Shown here in pieces: positions 8,439 to 17,638 of a DNA stretch of 64,000 nt. The notes below the pieces were generated by a model. It searched no databases and was not told the DNA's origin. It saw only the letters and a program-made list of their open reading frames with translations. The translations under genes and the position numbers were made by a program. How positions within the stretch are numbered: the first letter of the stretch is position 1; each line of letters begins with the position of its first letter. Origin of the DNA: a virus; IMG/VR virus record IMGVR_UViG_3300042691_019786; one strand, given 5' to 3'.

Positions 8439-9034
8439 TTTTTTACAAAATTTCTCACATATTGTTTTCTGTGATACTTATTTGACCCATGTTCTTTCAA
8501 CGCTTCAATATGGTCTGGCGTTAAATAACCTTTATTTTTACACCAATTGTATTGTGGGTGTAATAAATGTAATTTACACATATATTCGTCACGTCTTACT
8601 TTAGCAACGATAGCAGCGGCAGCAATGCATGTATATGTATCATCACCTTTTGGTACTAATGTTACTTCAGCGTCTTGTTCACGTTCAGTCCAAACAGTCC
8701 CATCTATTAATATATGTTCTGGTTTAACTGATAATTCATCTAGACACTTATACATAGTATTAAATGTTGATGGGTTGATACCTATTTCATCAATTTCTTT
8801 CACTGAACCAGCGTGGCATGATACAGCAATAGCATTTTCCATTATCAATGTGTATGCTTCATCTCTTTGTTTTGGTGATAGTTTCTTTGAATCTCTGATA
8901 AGTGGTGAATTAAAACCTTTTGGTAATATAACAGCTGCTGTTACAACTGGTCCAGCACCACAGCCTCTACCAACTTCATCTAACCCAGCGACTAATTTAT
9001 AGTCACCATATTCTTCTAATAATTTTTTAGCCAT
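8426..9034 (-). CDS. rnhB: ribonuclease HII
   Basis: GLDEVGRG..AGPV, RDSKKL, LIDG, KGD...IAAA.IVAKV.RD, NKGY motifs. Confidence 0.95.
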   Translation of the reverse strand: MAKKLLEEYGDYKLVAGLDEVGRGCGAGPVVTAAVILPKGFNSPLIRDSKKLSPKQRDEAYTLIMENAIAVSCHAGSVKEIDEIGINPSTFNTMYKCLDELSVKPEHILIDGTVWTEREQDAEVTLVPKGDDTYTCIAAAAIVAKVRRDEYMCKLHLLHPQYNWCKNKGYLTPDHIEALKEHGSNKYHRKQYVRNFVKNLVD

Positions 9035-9048
9035 TTGTCTTTTTTTTA

Positions 9049-9079
9049 CAAATGTACAAAAAGATAATTACGTAACAAA
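9049..9079 (-). promoter_or_regulatory. Bacteroidota-type promoter for rnhB
   Basis: TTTG-N19-TACATTTG. Confidence 0.7.
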
Positions 9080-9301
9080 TTATTTTTTAATAAATTTAAC
9101 AATTAGTCCATCTATTTCAACTTCAAACTCATTGTTTTTTTCATAATCAGTTCCATTAGGGTTAGACAGATAATAAAGATGTTCATTCATTTTATTATGT
9201 TTTTCTTCGTCTAAAACATAAGTAATAATTAACCCATTTTTATTAATTTTTTCATTATTGATTATTTCTGAAACTGTTTCTATTAAGTCTTCGTATTTCA
9301 T
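9080..9301 (-). CDS. hypothetical protein
   Basis: 73-aa ORF in tandem arrangement. Confidence 0.65.
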   Translation of the reverse strand: MKYEDLIETVSEIINNEKINKNGLIITYVLDEEKHNKMNEHLYYLSNPNGTDYEKNNEFEVEIDGLIVKFIKK

Positions 9302-9302
9302 A

Positions 9303-9521
9303 TTAAAACTTTGTAAATAAACTTTTTATAAAATCAAAAAATCTTTCTTTTTTTGATTTTGTTATCACTTTAACTTTATTTGGGTTTTTCTTAATTTCAG
9401 TACCCAAGTTAGTTTTTATGTCATTAATGAAATTCTTTTTTTTGATGTCGGTGATTAATTTATCAGCCACCATTTCGTTTTCAATCATCTGAATTTCACG
9501 GTTAATCATCTTATCGTTCAT
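9303..9521 (-). CDS. hypothetical protein
   Basis: 72-aa ORF; TATATTTG -7 element at 9536-9543. Confidence 0.65.
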   Translation of the reverse strand: MNDKMINREIQMIENEMVADKLITDIKKKNFINDIKTNLGTEIKKNPNKVKVITKSKKERFFDFIKSLFTKF

Positions 9522-9566
9522 ATTTTTCTTTTTATCAAATATATGTATTAGTTTTTACATTGTAAA

Positions 9567-9836
9567 TTATTTAACATAAGAAGATTCATTGTCATGGTCA
9601 CATTTATGACAAACAAATAAATCAGATTTATTTGATTCAGACGCTAACCAATGCCAATCACATTTTTTACAAGTAATTTCAAATTCTTTTTCATCAATAA
9701 TAGTCCAATGTTTGTCTTTTTTCTTTTTTCGATAATAAACGTTAGAACCACCAATATCTCTCATTTGATATTGATACTCATCTTTTTTACTTTCGGTAAG
9801 CAAAACATTTAATTTATATTTTATGAATTTTTTCAT
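9567..9836 (-). CDS. small protein with C-terminal zinc ribbon
   Basis: CKKC...CHKC; TATTTAT motif upstream. Confidence 0.65.
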   Translation of the reverse strand: MKKFIKYKLNVLLTESKKDEYQYQMRDIGGSNVYYRKKKKDKHWTIIDEKEFEITCKKCDWHWLASESNKSDLFVCHKCDHDNESSYVK

Positions 9837-9898
9837 ATTCTTTTTTATTATAAATATTGACTATATGCGCTATAAATATTATATTTAAATAAAAACTT

Positions 9899-10237
9899 AT
9901 GACAACATTAATTTTTATTCTTATTTGTTATGGGGCTTGTAACAATTTAATTTATGGCTCTGTTTTTGAAGGTTGGAGAAACTTTCTAGCAAAGATGGGT
10001 ACTGGCGGTTACAGTATTCATAAACTATTCACGTGTTTTATGTGTTTGGGTACTTGGATGGGTTTTGCGGTTTCTGGAATTATGATTTATTTTGGATACA
10101 GTAAATTAACCCCTATGGGTAGTTTGGGTGTAGAATCACCTATTTTAATCGTTTTTTTTAATGGATTAATTTCCGCAGCTGGCGTGTGGTTAACACATAC
10201 AGTACAAGAAGCTTTTGAACGAGCTTTCTCAAAATAA
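9899..10237 (+). CDS. DUF1360-like membrane protein
   Basis: three hydrophobic segments; KLFTCFMCLGTW CxxC motif. Confidence 0.7.
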   Translation: MTTLIFILICYGACNNLIYGSVFEGWRNFLAKMGTGGYSIHKLFTCFMCLGTWMGFAVSGIMIYFGYSKLTPMGSLGVESPILIVFFNGLISAAGVWLTHTVQEAFERAFSK

Positions 10238-10263
10238 AAAAGCCCCATTAAGGGGCTTTTTTT
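10236..10263. terminator. bidirectional terminator
   Basis: aaaagcccc-attaa-ggggctttt between convergent genes. Confidence 0.85.
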
Positions 10264-10278
10264 GTTTGTTGTTGTTTA

Positions 10279-10971
10279 TTATCTAGGTGGTAATTCTACT
10301 TTACTAGATATTGCTTTTAGTTTTTCACTTTGTTTTTTGTTTTTTAGCAATTCCATGTTTCGTAATGCTCTTTTTTCTTCTTCAATCATTTCCATTTCTT
10401 CTTCAGTTAACTCAATTGGGTTACCATTTTCGTCTAAATAAGATGGGATAATTGTTTCTTCAAATTCTTTCTCACCAGATGTCGCATATTCTTCAACATT
10501 TTCTGGATAAAAATCAGATGGGTTGGTTGTTTGTATTGGTTCATCAATTATAGCGTCTTCGTTTAATGCTTCTTCTATTTCAGCGTCAAAATCATCTAAC
10601 CTAGGAACTAAGTCTTCTTCGCTAAAATTAAATTTAAGTCTTTTTAATTTATCTAAACTAGTTTTCTTAAAAATTTCTTTTAACTCATTAACTTTTTCCT
10701 TTAGTAAATCATGTTTCTTTTCACGCTCAATATTTAAATCAATTGTTTTCTTAACATAATCTAATAAATCATCCAAACCAACACCAGCAACTTCACTAAA
10801 AAGCATATAGTAATTCATTTCTTCGTTACCTCTGACTTTTTTAACCTTATTGTCATCTGGTACAGTCCAACCTTCTTTGAACACAGCATCAACTAATGGT
10901 GTCCCTTCTAGATATCTTATACCTATAACATATGGTTGTAAAGAATCTAATGTTTTTTGTATATTTGACAT
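10279..10971 (-). CDS. hypothetical acidic/coiled-coil protein
   Basis: 230-aa ORF. Confidence 0.75.
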   Translation of the reverse strand: MSNIQKTLDSLQPYVIGIRYLEGTPLVDAVFKEGWTVPDDNKVKKVRGNEEMNYYMLFSEVAGVGLDDLLDYVKKTIDLNIEREKKHDLLKEKVNELKEIFKKTSLDKLKRLKFNFSEEDLVPRLDDFDAEIEEALNEDAIIDEPIQTTNPSDFYPENVEEYATSGEKEFEETIIPSYLDENGNPIELTEEEMEMIEEEKRALRNMELLKNKKQSEKLKAISSKVELPPR

Positions 10972-10980
10972 TTTAATAAT

Positions 10981-11193
10981 TTAAATTGTGATTCCAGTAA
11001 TAAGCACTGATAAAATATATGCTATAGATATACCTAATAAATTTAACTGTAATTTAGGCATTTTATATTTCTTAGGTTCTTCTTCGGTTGAAGTTACAAC
11101 AGCTTGAATAAAGTAATAAGCGTGTCTAACCACGTTTAAACATGCTAACATGAATAAAACGATAAGTAATTTATTAAGTATAACTATAAACAT
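10981..11193 (-). CDS. small 2-TM membrane protein
   Basis: two hydrophobic helices in 70 aa. Confidence 0.7.
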   Translation of the reverse strand: MFIVILNKLLIVLFMLACLNVVRHAYYFIQAVVTSTEEEPKKYKMPKLQLNLLGISIAYILSVLITGITI

Positions 11194-11204
11194 ATTTTTA
11201 TTTT

Positions 11205-11387
11205 TTAAGCTTTAACTGTTTTAGTTTTTGTAGAAACATCTAAACGAATGTTTTGTGCTAAAGTTTTAACATCTTGTAATGATTTTCTTAATCTTACACC
11301 AGCAGCTTTGTTACCTTTTTCGTAAAATTTTGTTGCGTCATCTTCCATAGATGCTACCAAGTTTTTTAATTCTTCGTACTTTTCCAT
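11205..11387 (-). CDS. histone H1-like protein (Hc1 family, Bacteroidota type)
   Basis: KFYEKGNKAAGVRLRKSLQ..K.LAQ..R signature. Confidence 0.85.
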   Translation of the reverse strand: MEKYEELKNLVASMEDDATKFYEKGNKAAGVRLRKSLQDVKTLAQNIRLDVSTKTKTVKA

Positions 11388-11389
11388 TT

Positions 11390-11617
11390 TTAATTTTCTT
11401 TTTCTTTTGTGTTATTATTATTATTTAACATATTGCTAAACGTAGCAATAGCGTTTTCTACTGTTGAAAGTCTATATACTAAAGATTTAAGTGTATTAGT
11501 CCTTTCTTCAATAGAAATATCGTTTCGGTTGATGGCACTTTCGATGTCATCTTCGAGTTTCATTTTATCCATGGTCATTTCCATCATGACCAAATTAATA
11601 ATTCTTTCAGTATTCAT
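11390..11617 (-). CDS. hypothetical protein
   Basis: 75-aa ORF. Confidence 0.65.
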   Translation of the reverse strand: MNTERIINLVMMEMTMDKMKLEDDIESAINRNDISIEERTNTLKSLVYRLSTVENAIATFSNMLNNNNNTKEKEN

Positions 11618-11655
11618 ATTTTTAAAACTAATGCATTTTTTCTAAAAATAAATAG

Positions 11656-12126
11656 TTAAAACGTTTTTTTTAGCGAAATTTCAAATATTTTGTATAATTC
11701 TAATAATGTATCAATGTCAGCGTTTGTCTTTTCTCTCTCATAATCAAAAATATTGGTCCATATCACCAATAAAGTTTTGTTTAAGTTTTCATCTTTATTT
11801 GGGTCTGAATAATACAACTCTAACACAAATTCTAAAAAATATTGATATAACTTGTCGCTGTTGATAGTTATGTCTTCTTTTTCAAAATTGTCAACAGTCT
11901 TTTTCCAACACCATTCAAAATGTTTAAAACGCTGTTCATCTGTCGTTAAATCATCACCCAAGTAAGTTGTGAACACTAATTCGATAAGAGATAATGTAAA
12001 ATCTCCATATAACTCACATTTATCAAATAAGATATTATGTGTTTTATATATCTTTAACATAGTATCAAAACTTACTGGGTTATGAATATAAGCCAATAAA
12101 TTTAATTTATTAAAATTATTGCTCAT
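11656..12126 (-). CDS. hypothetical protein
   Basis: 156-aa ORF 5 nt downstream of the YkuD-like gene. Confidence 0.75.
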   Translation of the reverse strand: MSNNFNKLNLLAYIHNPVSFDTMLKIYKTHNILFDKCELYGDFTLSLIELVFTTYLGDDLTTDEQRFKHFEWCWKKTVDNFEKEDITINSDKLYQYFLEFVLELYYSDPNKDENLNKTLLVIWTNIFDYEREKTNADIDTLLELYKIFEISLKKTF

Positions 12127-12131
12127 TATAA

Positions 12132-12743
12132 TTATTTAATATCAGTTGAATTTAATAATGTGTAAGTGAATGAATTACCATGTATTTTAGCCGCTTTTCT
12201 AACTATACTCATAAACGCATCAAAATCCATTACTCTTTTAAATACTTGACAACCAGCTGACCAGTTTTCCACCCATGTAGAATCTCTACCAGCTTTATGT
12301 ATGTTAATTCCGTACATACCTTCAGTGATTTTATTTTCATCATATTCTAAATCAAAGTCAGCATCACGGTAAACTCTTACGTTTCCATTTCTTTGACATA
12401 ACGCATCATATTTTCCTTGATGTTTATCTATTCTCCAAACACTTCTATATTGATTTGGTACTAATCTTGCACAACCACCTTTAATACCCATTTTATTCCA
12501 TTCTAACATGGATTTTTTACCTGGGTCTGTTGTTGCCGCCCATGCATAAAATTGCCAAGCGCCTTTTTCATCTTTAAATGAAATAGTAAGAATGTCATCA
12601 AATACGTTTGTAACTTTTTTACCAGTTGCTGCATTACGAATACCTACAATATTTACATCATAAGTTTTATTAGCGTCATCGTTAAACCATCTGTAACCTT
12701 TTGATTCAACCGCAGCTTTAATCTGTTCTCTTGTGTAACTCAT
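12132..12743 (-). CDS. putative peptidoglycan-acting enzyme, L,D-transpeptidase (YkuD)-like catalytic motif
   Basis: GINIH-x12-SAGCQV resembles the His...S-x-G-C catalytic motif of YkuD-family enzymes. Confidence 0.6.
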   Translation of the reverse strand: MSYTREQIKAAVESKGYRWFNDDANKTYDVNIVGIRNAATGKKVTNVFDDILTISFKDEKGAWQFYAWAATTDPGKKSMLEWNKMGIKGGCARLVPNQYRSVWRIDKHQGKYDALCQRNGNVRVYRDADFDLEYDENKITEGMYGINIHKAGRDSTWVENWSAGCQVFKRVMDFDAFMSIVRKAAKIHGNSFTYTLLNSTDIK

Positions 12744-12746
12744 ATT

Positions 12747-13301
12747 TTATCTTTTTTTATTTTTATCAGAGGCATATTTAACCCCCATTATTGTTCCTAT
12801 TATACTAAAACTATTTGTTAATAATATACCAAATATGTTAGCCCATGTTGATTGTATAACTGTAGTGTCGCCACCTAAATATATTACATATAAATACATA
12901 AAGCTAGTAAATAAACCTACACCAATAATTATAGATAAAGAAATTTTAACAATCAACCCTATTAACTCAAATTGTGTTTTCTTTTGAAGAAGTTCTAAAT
13001 CATTTTCAGCATTTTCTCTAGCTTTTTCAGCAACATCCAACGCTATTTTTAATTCTGCGTTTATTCTTTCGTTTTCTTCTTTAGCTTTTTTTAATTCAGT
13101 GTTTTGTGATTGAACTTGTTTGGTTATTGTTAATCTTTTTCTTCTATTATCGTTGTCGTTAGATATACATGTTCTAAGATATTGTTGAAAATTATCGTCA
13201 TCAGTTTCAATCAATTTAGCAATATTACCCTCCAAACCTATTTTTCTGGTTTCATAAAGATGGATTAATTGCTCCATTGTATTTTTATCTAATTTTATCA
13301 T
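12747..13301 (-). CDS. membrane protein: N-terminal soluble domain, coiled coil, two C-terminal TM helices
   Basis: heptad-rich middle; TMs ISLSIIIGVGLFTSFMYLYVIY and IFGILLTNSFSIIGTIMGV; basic tail; ATGA overlap with receiver gene. Confidence 0.8.
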   Translation of the reverse strand: MIKLDKNTMEQLIHLYETRKIGLEGNIAKLIETDDDNFQQYLRTCISNDNDNRRKRLTITKQVQSQNTELKKAKEENERINAELKIALDVAEKARENAENDLELLQKKTQFELIGLIVKISLSIIIGVGLFTSFMYLYVIYLGGDTTVIQSTWANIFGILLTNSFSIIGTIMGVKYASDKNKKR

Positions 13302-13735
13302 CTATACACTCTAAATTTTCCTTTACCTTTTTTATAGTTTTCAAAATCTTTTTTGAAATCTTCTAACCTAGGTTCAATCTCATCTGATTTAACAATCCAA
13401 AATTGCGCTCCAGCTTTTACCGCTTTTGCTTGTTCTTCTGCTTCGTCACTTGATGAAATAATTCCTATAACAACATGGTTACCATATTCAAAATTAATTC
13501 TTCTAACCAATTCAATCCCATCAAAAGTAGAACCTATCATATTTAAATCAACGAACACACATTCTGGTCGTTCATCTGTTTTATTTGTTTCATACCATTT
13601 CTTAAACATTTTTTCAGCTTCATCTGCTGAAGAAACGCTTTGTAAAGAAAGTGTTATATCTAAAAGACTACATGCGTCTTCGAAAACTAAGTGAAATAAA
13701 TCTTCATCATCCACTAATAATATTGAATCTATCAT
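13298..13735 (-). CDS. single-domain response regulator (receiver only)
   Basis: ILLVDDE acidic pocket, VFVDLNM phospho-Asp, DGIEL, ISSS, GA...IVK conserved Lys; no output domain. Confidence 0.92.
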   Translation of the reverse strand: MIDSILLVDDEDLFHLVFEDACSLLDITLSLQSVSSADEAEKMFKKWYETNKTDERPECVFVDLNMIGSTFDGIELVRRINFEYGNHVVIGIISSSDEAEEQAKAVKAGAQFWIVKSDEIEPRLEDFKKDFENYKKGKGKFRVYR

Positions 13736-13737
13736 AA

Positions 13738-15501
13738 CTATTTTAATTTTATTTTTATTTTAGTACCATTAACAATTTTTTCTGAAAAAATTTCAAAACC
13801 ATGTTCTTTAAGTATTGCTATACAAATATTTAACCCTAACCCCGTACCAGGTTCTTTTTGGTTTTTATTTCTATTATATGGTTTAGAATATTCTTCAAAT
13901 TGGTCTTGTGTTAATCCTCTACCATTATCTTCAACAACTAGCGTTTCATCATCTTCCATGTAAATGTTGACCAATTTATTGCTTGAGTCATTGTATTTTA
14001 AACCATTTCTAATAAGATTATCAATTGCTGTACAAAACAATGATTCGTTAACTTCAAAATTAGGTAAATCATGTATTTTAACTTGACTGAAATATGCTGT
14101 TGATTTTAAAAAGGTTGTTAAAATTTCTTTTAAGTTATGATAATCTTTAGCTAACACAGCGTCTTTTTTAACCAAATTTGTAAACTCATAAACACCTTTA
14201 TAAACTTTCTGTGTATGTTTCAAACCTTCTTTAAGCATCTTCAATGGTGCTTCTAATTTATTTACTTCAATTATTTCTGGTGTTAATCTTCGTTGTAATG
14301 AATTAATTCCTCTTGGGATATATGTATTTATACCAGAATGCATATCGTGTCTTAGAATCTTCGCAGCGTGCTCTAAATAGGTGTTCTTTTTGTTTAACTC
14401 ATTCAATGATTCATATAACTCAGTCATATCTTGTCTTATTGATGAGAAACCGATTAATTCATTCGTATCATGGTCAAACTCTGCTTTAATATATGTATCA
14501 ACATAATATAAACTACCATTCTTTCTTTTATTCACAACCAAACTATGCCAAATCTTCTTATCGTTGACTGTAGTTTTATACATCTTAGCCCAGAATTTTT
14601 TATCATGGAAACCAGAATTAACCAAATTATGGTCTTTACCAATTAATTCTCTTTTTGTGTAACCACATACTTCTGAAAATTTTTTATTGGCGTATGTTAT
14701 TTTACCATGTTTGTCTGTTTTTGAAACCAACGCTGTTTCATTTATGAAATCTTGGAAATCAACAAGATTTTGTTCAACCATTTTATTTTCTTTTACTGAA
14801 TACATAAAAGAATATAATGAAGATAACATTTCGGCAAAATTAATTTCAACTTTATGCCATTCTCTAGGTGTTAATGATTCAATACAAATTACACCTATTA
14901 CTTTACCTTTATAAAGTATTGGAACATCTAACATAGATTTAACACCTAATGGAATCAAATAACCATCTTTAAAACATTTTGTTGATGGATGTGTTTCAGC
15001 GTCATCAGCAACAATAATTGGATTAACACTTAGCGCATTAAAATAAGGTTCATAATCTTTTTTATTTAATGTTAACCCTTCAATCCATTTATCATCACTT
15101 TTAATGTATAGTTGTTGACAAATGATACTTGTTTTATCGTTGTTGTATAACCAAATAGAACATCTATCAACATTTGCACATAACGTCACTTCTTTGGTTA
15201 ATAGTTTGGCACCATCAACAATATTCCCATCATAAAACAATTGATTGTGTGATTGATGTATTAACGTTTCGTTTAATGATTTAGCGTAATAATTTAAATT
15301 CTCTGATTGTTTGCTTTTCTTTATATAGTTTCTTACGAATAATACTGCTGGGATAGAAAAAAGGATAATTGATAAATAATTGAATATTGCAATCTCTTTA
15401 CATAATGGAATATAATCTAACATTATAAAGGTATGTGTTAAAATATAAAGCATCATGATAATAGAACCAATACCGATATATAATTTGTTAAGTTTATCCA
15501 T
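13738..15501 (-). CDS. sensor histidine kinase (2 TM-GAF-PAS-HisKA-HATPase)
   Basis: GAF (VDRCSIWLY...KSMLDVPI), PAS (ITYANKKF...GY...ELIG...NKRKNG), H-box LRHDM, N-box NLIRNGLKYN, G1 EDNGRG, G2 GTGLGL. Confidence 0.93.
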   Translation of the reverse strand: MDKLNKLYIGIGSIIMMLYILTHTFIMLDYIPLCKEIAIFNYLSIILFSIPAVLFVRNYIKKSKQSENLNYYAKSLNETLIHQSHNQLFYDGNIVDGAKLLTKEVTLCANVDRCSIWLYNNDKTSIICQQLYIKSDDKWIEGLTLNKKDYEPYFNALSVNPIIVADDAETHPSTKCFKDGYLIPLGVKSMLDVPILYKGKVIGVICIESLTPREWHKVEINFAEMLSSLYSFMYSVKENKMVEQNLVDFQDFINETALVSKTDKHGKITYANKKFSEVCGYTKRELIGKDHNLVNSGFHDKKFWAKMYKTTVNDKKIWHSLVVNKRKNGSLYYVDTYIKAEFDHDTNELIGFSSIRQDMTELYESLNELNKKNTYLEHAAKILRHDMHSGINTYIPRGINSLQRRLTPEIIEVNKLEAPLKMLKEGLKHTQKVYKGVYEFTNLVKKDAVLAKDYHNLKEILTTFLKSTAYFSQVKIHDLPNFEVNESLFCTAIDNLIRNGLKYNDSSNKLVNIYMEDDETLVVEDNGRGLTQDQFEEYSKPYNRNKNQKEPGTGLGLNICIAILKEHGFEIFSEKIVNGTKIKIKLK

Positions 15502-15538
15502 GTTGTAAGTTTTTAATATAAATATTTAAAAAAAACTG

Positions 15539-15566
15539 AAAAACCCCAGCAATTGCCAGGGTTTTT
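15539..15566 (-). terminator. intrinsic terminator after lysozyme/endonuclease locus
   Basis: aaaaacccc...gggttttt hairpin. Confidence 0.65.
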
Positions 15567-15587
15567 ATTGTTTTTTTGTTTATAATT

Positions 15588-15650
15588 TTATTTTGTGAAA
15601 TATAAATCAGCTTCTGCTGTTCTTCTTCTAACTAAACCTTTCAATGTTCG
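15588..15650 (-). pseudogene. orphaned 3' fragment of a lysozyme gene (RTLKGLVRRRTAEADLYFTK*)
   Basis: aligns with the C-terminus of the intact lysozyme (KVLKGLVVRRQAEADLYFKKD); overlaps the endonuclease end in another frame. Confidence 0.9.
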
Positions 15651-16293
15651 ACAAATACTTAAACGTAGTATCATTCTTTCTAAAGCCATTTAATTTATTA
15701 ACTAAAGTACTATAACTTATATTAGTATCTTTAGCACATTCTTTAATTGAATCCCAAATTTTACCGTTTTCAATACAAATAATTTTTTTAGCATTACAAT
15801 GTTTACCACCACTAATTGAATTTGAATGTTTTATTTTAGTTTCAATACTTTTAGTTTTACCTTTTTGTGATGGTGGTACAAAACCTTTTTCTTTCGCATT
15901 TTTTGATAATTTGGATTTAGTTTCATCAGACATTACCTTACCTTTCATTCTATCTGAAATTTTTCTCCTACCTTCAATAGTTTTAGAATAGTTCTTATCA
16001 CCTAACATCAATGGTGGATTTTCACCACCATCAGTTAAATTAACTAAAGTGCCAGTACCTAAATCTTTTCTACCATATTCGTAAATTAATTTTTTTTCCA
16101 TCTCACAAGCTTCTTCCCATGATAAATCTTCAGCTAATATTTCAACTTTATAATTAGTTTTATTTATAATGTTTAACCAAAAAATTGAACGTTTTGTTTT
16201 ACTTTTTTGGTAAGCCCTAGCTATAGTTTTACCAATACCAACATAAAAAACTTCGTTAGTATCTAAACGTACATGTCTATAAACAACCGCCAT
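15628..16293 (-). mobile_element. free-standing GIY-YIG-type homing endonuclease with NUMOD3/NUMOD1-like DNA-binding region (start MAVVYRH)
   Basis: VYRH...FYVGIG...RAY...E..LI..YGR...LVNLTDGG; SDETKSKLS and SIETKIKHS repeats; SIKECAK HTH. Confidence 0.85.
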
Positions 16294-16294
16294 T

Positions 16295-16756
16295 TCAATC
16301 CTTTTTAAAATATAAATCAGCTTCCGCTTGTCGTCTAACAACTAGACCTTTTAATACTTTATTTGAAGCTTTTGTCCATTTCATAAATTCTGCTCTGATT
16401 GTTTCATCGTTAGGGTTTTTATTAACTTTTTTTAATAATGTTGACGCTTTTAAATTTGCTGGTCCTAAATTATAACAAAAAGACACCAACGCATCGAACT
16501 GATTTTGTGTTATTTTGTCTATACAGTATGAATCAACATATTGTTCAAATTTTATTAACATAGATTTTAACAATTCAACACCTTCAGCTTCTGTTACAGC
16601 TTTGTCAGCCATAGTAACTTTCTTACCATTAGGGTAAAAAGTTGCGCCATATCCGATAGTACAAATTTTTGCTGGACATAAATAAGGCTTACTAGAAAAG
16701 CCTTCAAAACTTTTTATTAAGTTTATACCATTTTCACTAATTTTAGTTATTTTCAT
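16295..16756 (-). CDS. endolysin, GH24 (T4/RrrD-like) lysozyme
   Basis: LIKSFEG...PY.CP...TIGYG; QNQFDALVSFCYNLG; GL..RR.AE. Confidence 0.93.
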   Translation of the reverse strand: MKITKISENGINLIKSFEGFSSKPYLCPAKICTIGYGATFYPNGKKVTMADKAVTEAEGVELLKSMLIKFEQYVDSYCIDKITQNQFDALVSFCYNLGPANLKASTLLKKVNKNPNDETIRAEFMKWTKASNKVLKGLVVRRQAEADLYFKKD

Positions 16757-17441
16757 ATTCTTTAATTATTCTATTTATTATGTTTCTAGATAAATTATAT
16801 TTCTTATGTAATTGTAATTTATTTATACCATTATTATAATCTATAATTATATCATTTTTTATATTTTCTTCTATTATTTTAAAATTATGTGGTTTGTTAT
16901 TCTCATAATATTTTTTAAGCCCTTTTGAAGTCTTTTCTTTCGTTTCTTCACTTAATTTAATACCCTTCTTTTTTGACTCTTTACCTTTAGTTCCAATAAC
17001 ACCTAACTTGTTTAGTTCGTAAGTTTGTTTACTTTTAAGTTCTTTTAATTTAGGGTCCGACCAAGTTTTTTTTGAAGTTTCACTTCGTTTTTTCTTTGTT
17101 TCTTCAGATTGTTTCTTACCAGTTAGTTTTTCTGAGATTATATTTTTTTGTTCTTGACTCATACCTTTATTACCATCACCACCATTGGTCATGTTAACTA
17201 AACTACCTAAACCTAAATCACGTCTACCATATGTTTCTATTAATAATATTTCAAGTTCTTTTGCTGATTCATAATCAATATCTTTAACTATTATCTCAAC
17301 TTTATATTCAGTTTTATTAACTATATTTTCCCATAATTTATTTCTAGAACGTTTTTCATATGCTCTTTTTTCTTTTACACCAATACCAATATAAAAAATT
17401 TCATTAGTATCTAATCGTCTATGTCTATATACTACCGCCAT
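16743..17441 (-). mobile_element. free-standing GIY-YIG-type homing endonuclease with NUMOD3 repeats
   Basis: paralog of 15628-16293 (MAVVYRHRRLDTNEIFYIGIG...LVNMTNGG); SEETKKK repeats. Confidence 0.85.
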
Positions 17442-17444
17442 TAA

Positions 17445-17558
17445 TTAATTAGCTATTGTTGGTACACCAGCTGGACATTTATAAGGTTTTGCACTGAAAC
17501 CTTCAAATTTCTTGATTAGTTCGATACCTTTTGTACCAGTTTTTGTAATCTTTTCCAT
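17445..17558 (-). pseudogene. orphaned 5' fragment of a lysozyme gene (MEKITKTGTKGIELIKKFEGFSAKPYKCPAGVPTIAN*)
   Basis: 37 codons aligning to the first ~35 residues of the intact lysozyme; stops 3 nt before the endonuclease ATG; TATTTAT motif upstream. Confidence 0.92.
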
Positions 17559-17586
17559 AACTTTTATTCATAAATATTGTATCAAT

Positions 17587-17617
17587 AAAAAAAGGTACCC
17601 ATATGAGTACCTTTTTT
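17587..17617 (-). terminator. intrinsic terminator
   Basis: aaaaaaggtac-ccatatga-gtacctttttt. Confidence 0.8.
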
Positions 17618-17638
17618 ATATTTTAATTAATTAAATAT

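Noticed and set aside
805-15501. Bacterial chromosome segment (ssrA, clpP, dnaJ, rnhB, two-component system)
   Set aside because: Usual operon partners (clpX, tig, grpE) are absent, and the genes are interleaved with phage-type hypotheticals and share promoter motifs and composition with the baseplate and replication genes.
16294-16341. ORF-track start of the 237-aa endonuclease at 16341
   Set aside because: It overlaps the lysozyme 3' end; the paralog starts at MAVVYRH, matching the ATG at 16293.
15588-17558. Group I introns or inteins splitting the lysozyme
   Set aside because: Both endonuclease ORFs abut or overlap their neighbours, leaving no room for an intron core, and a complete lysozyme ORF exists without splicing.
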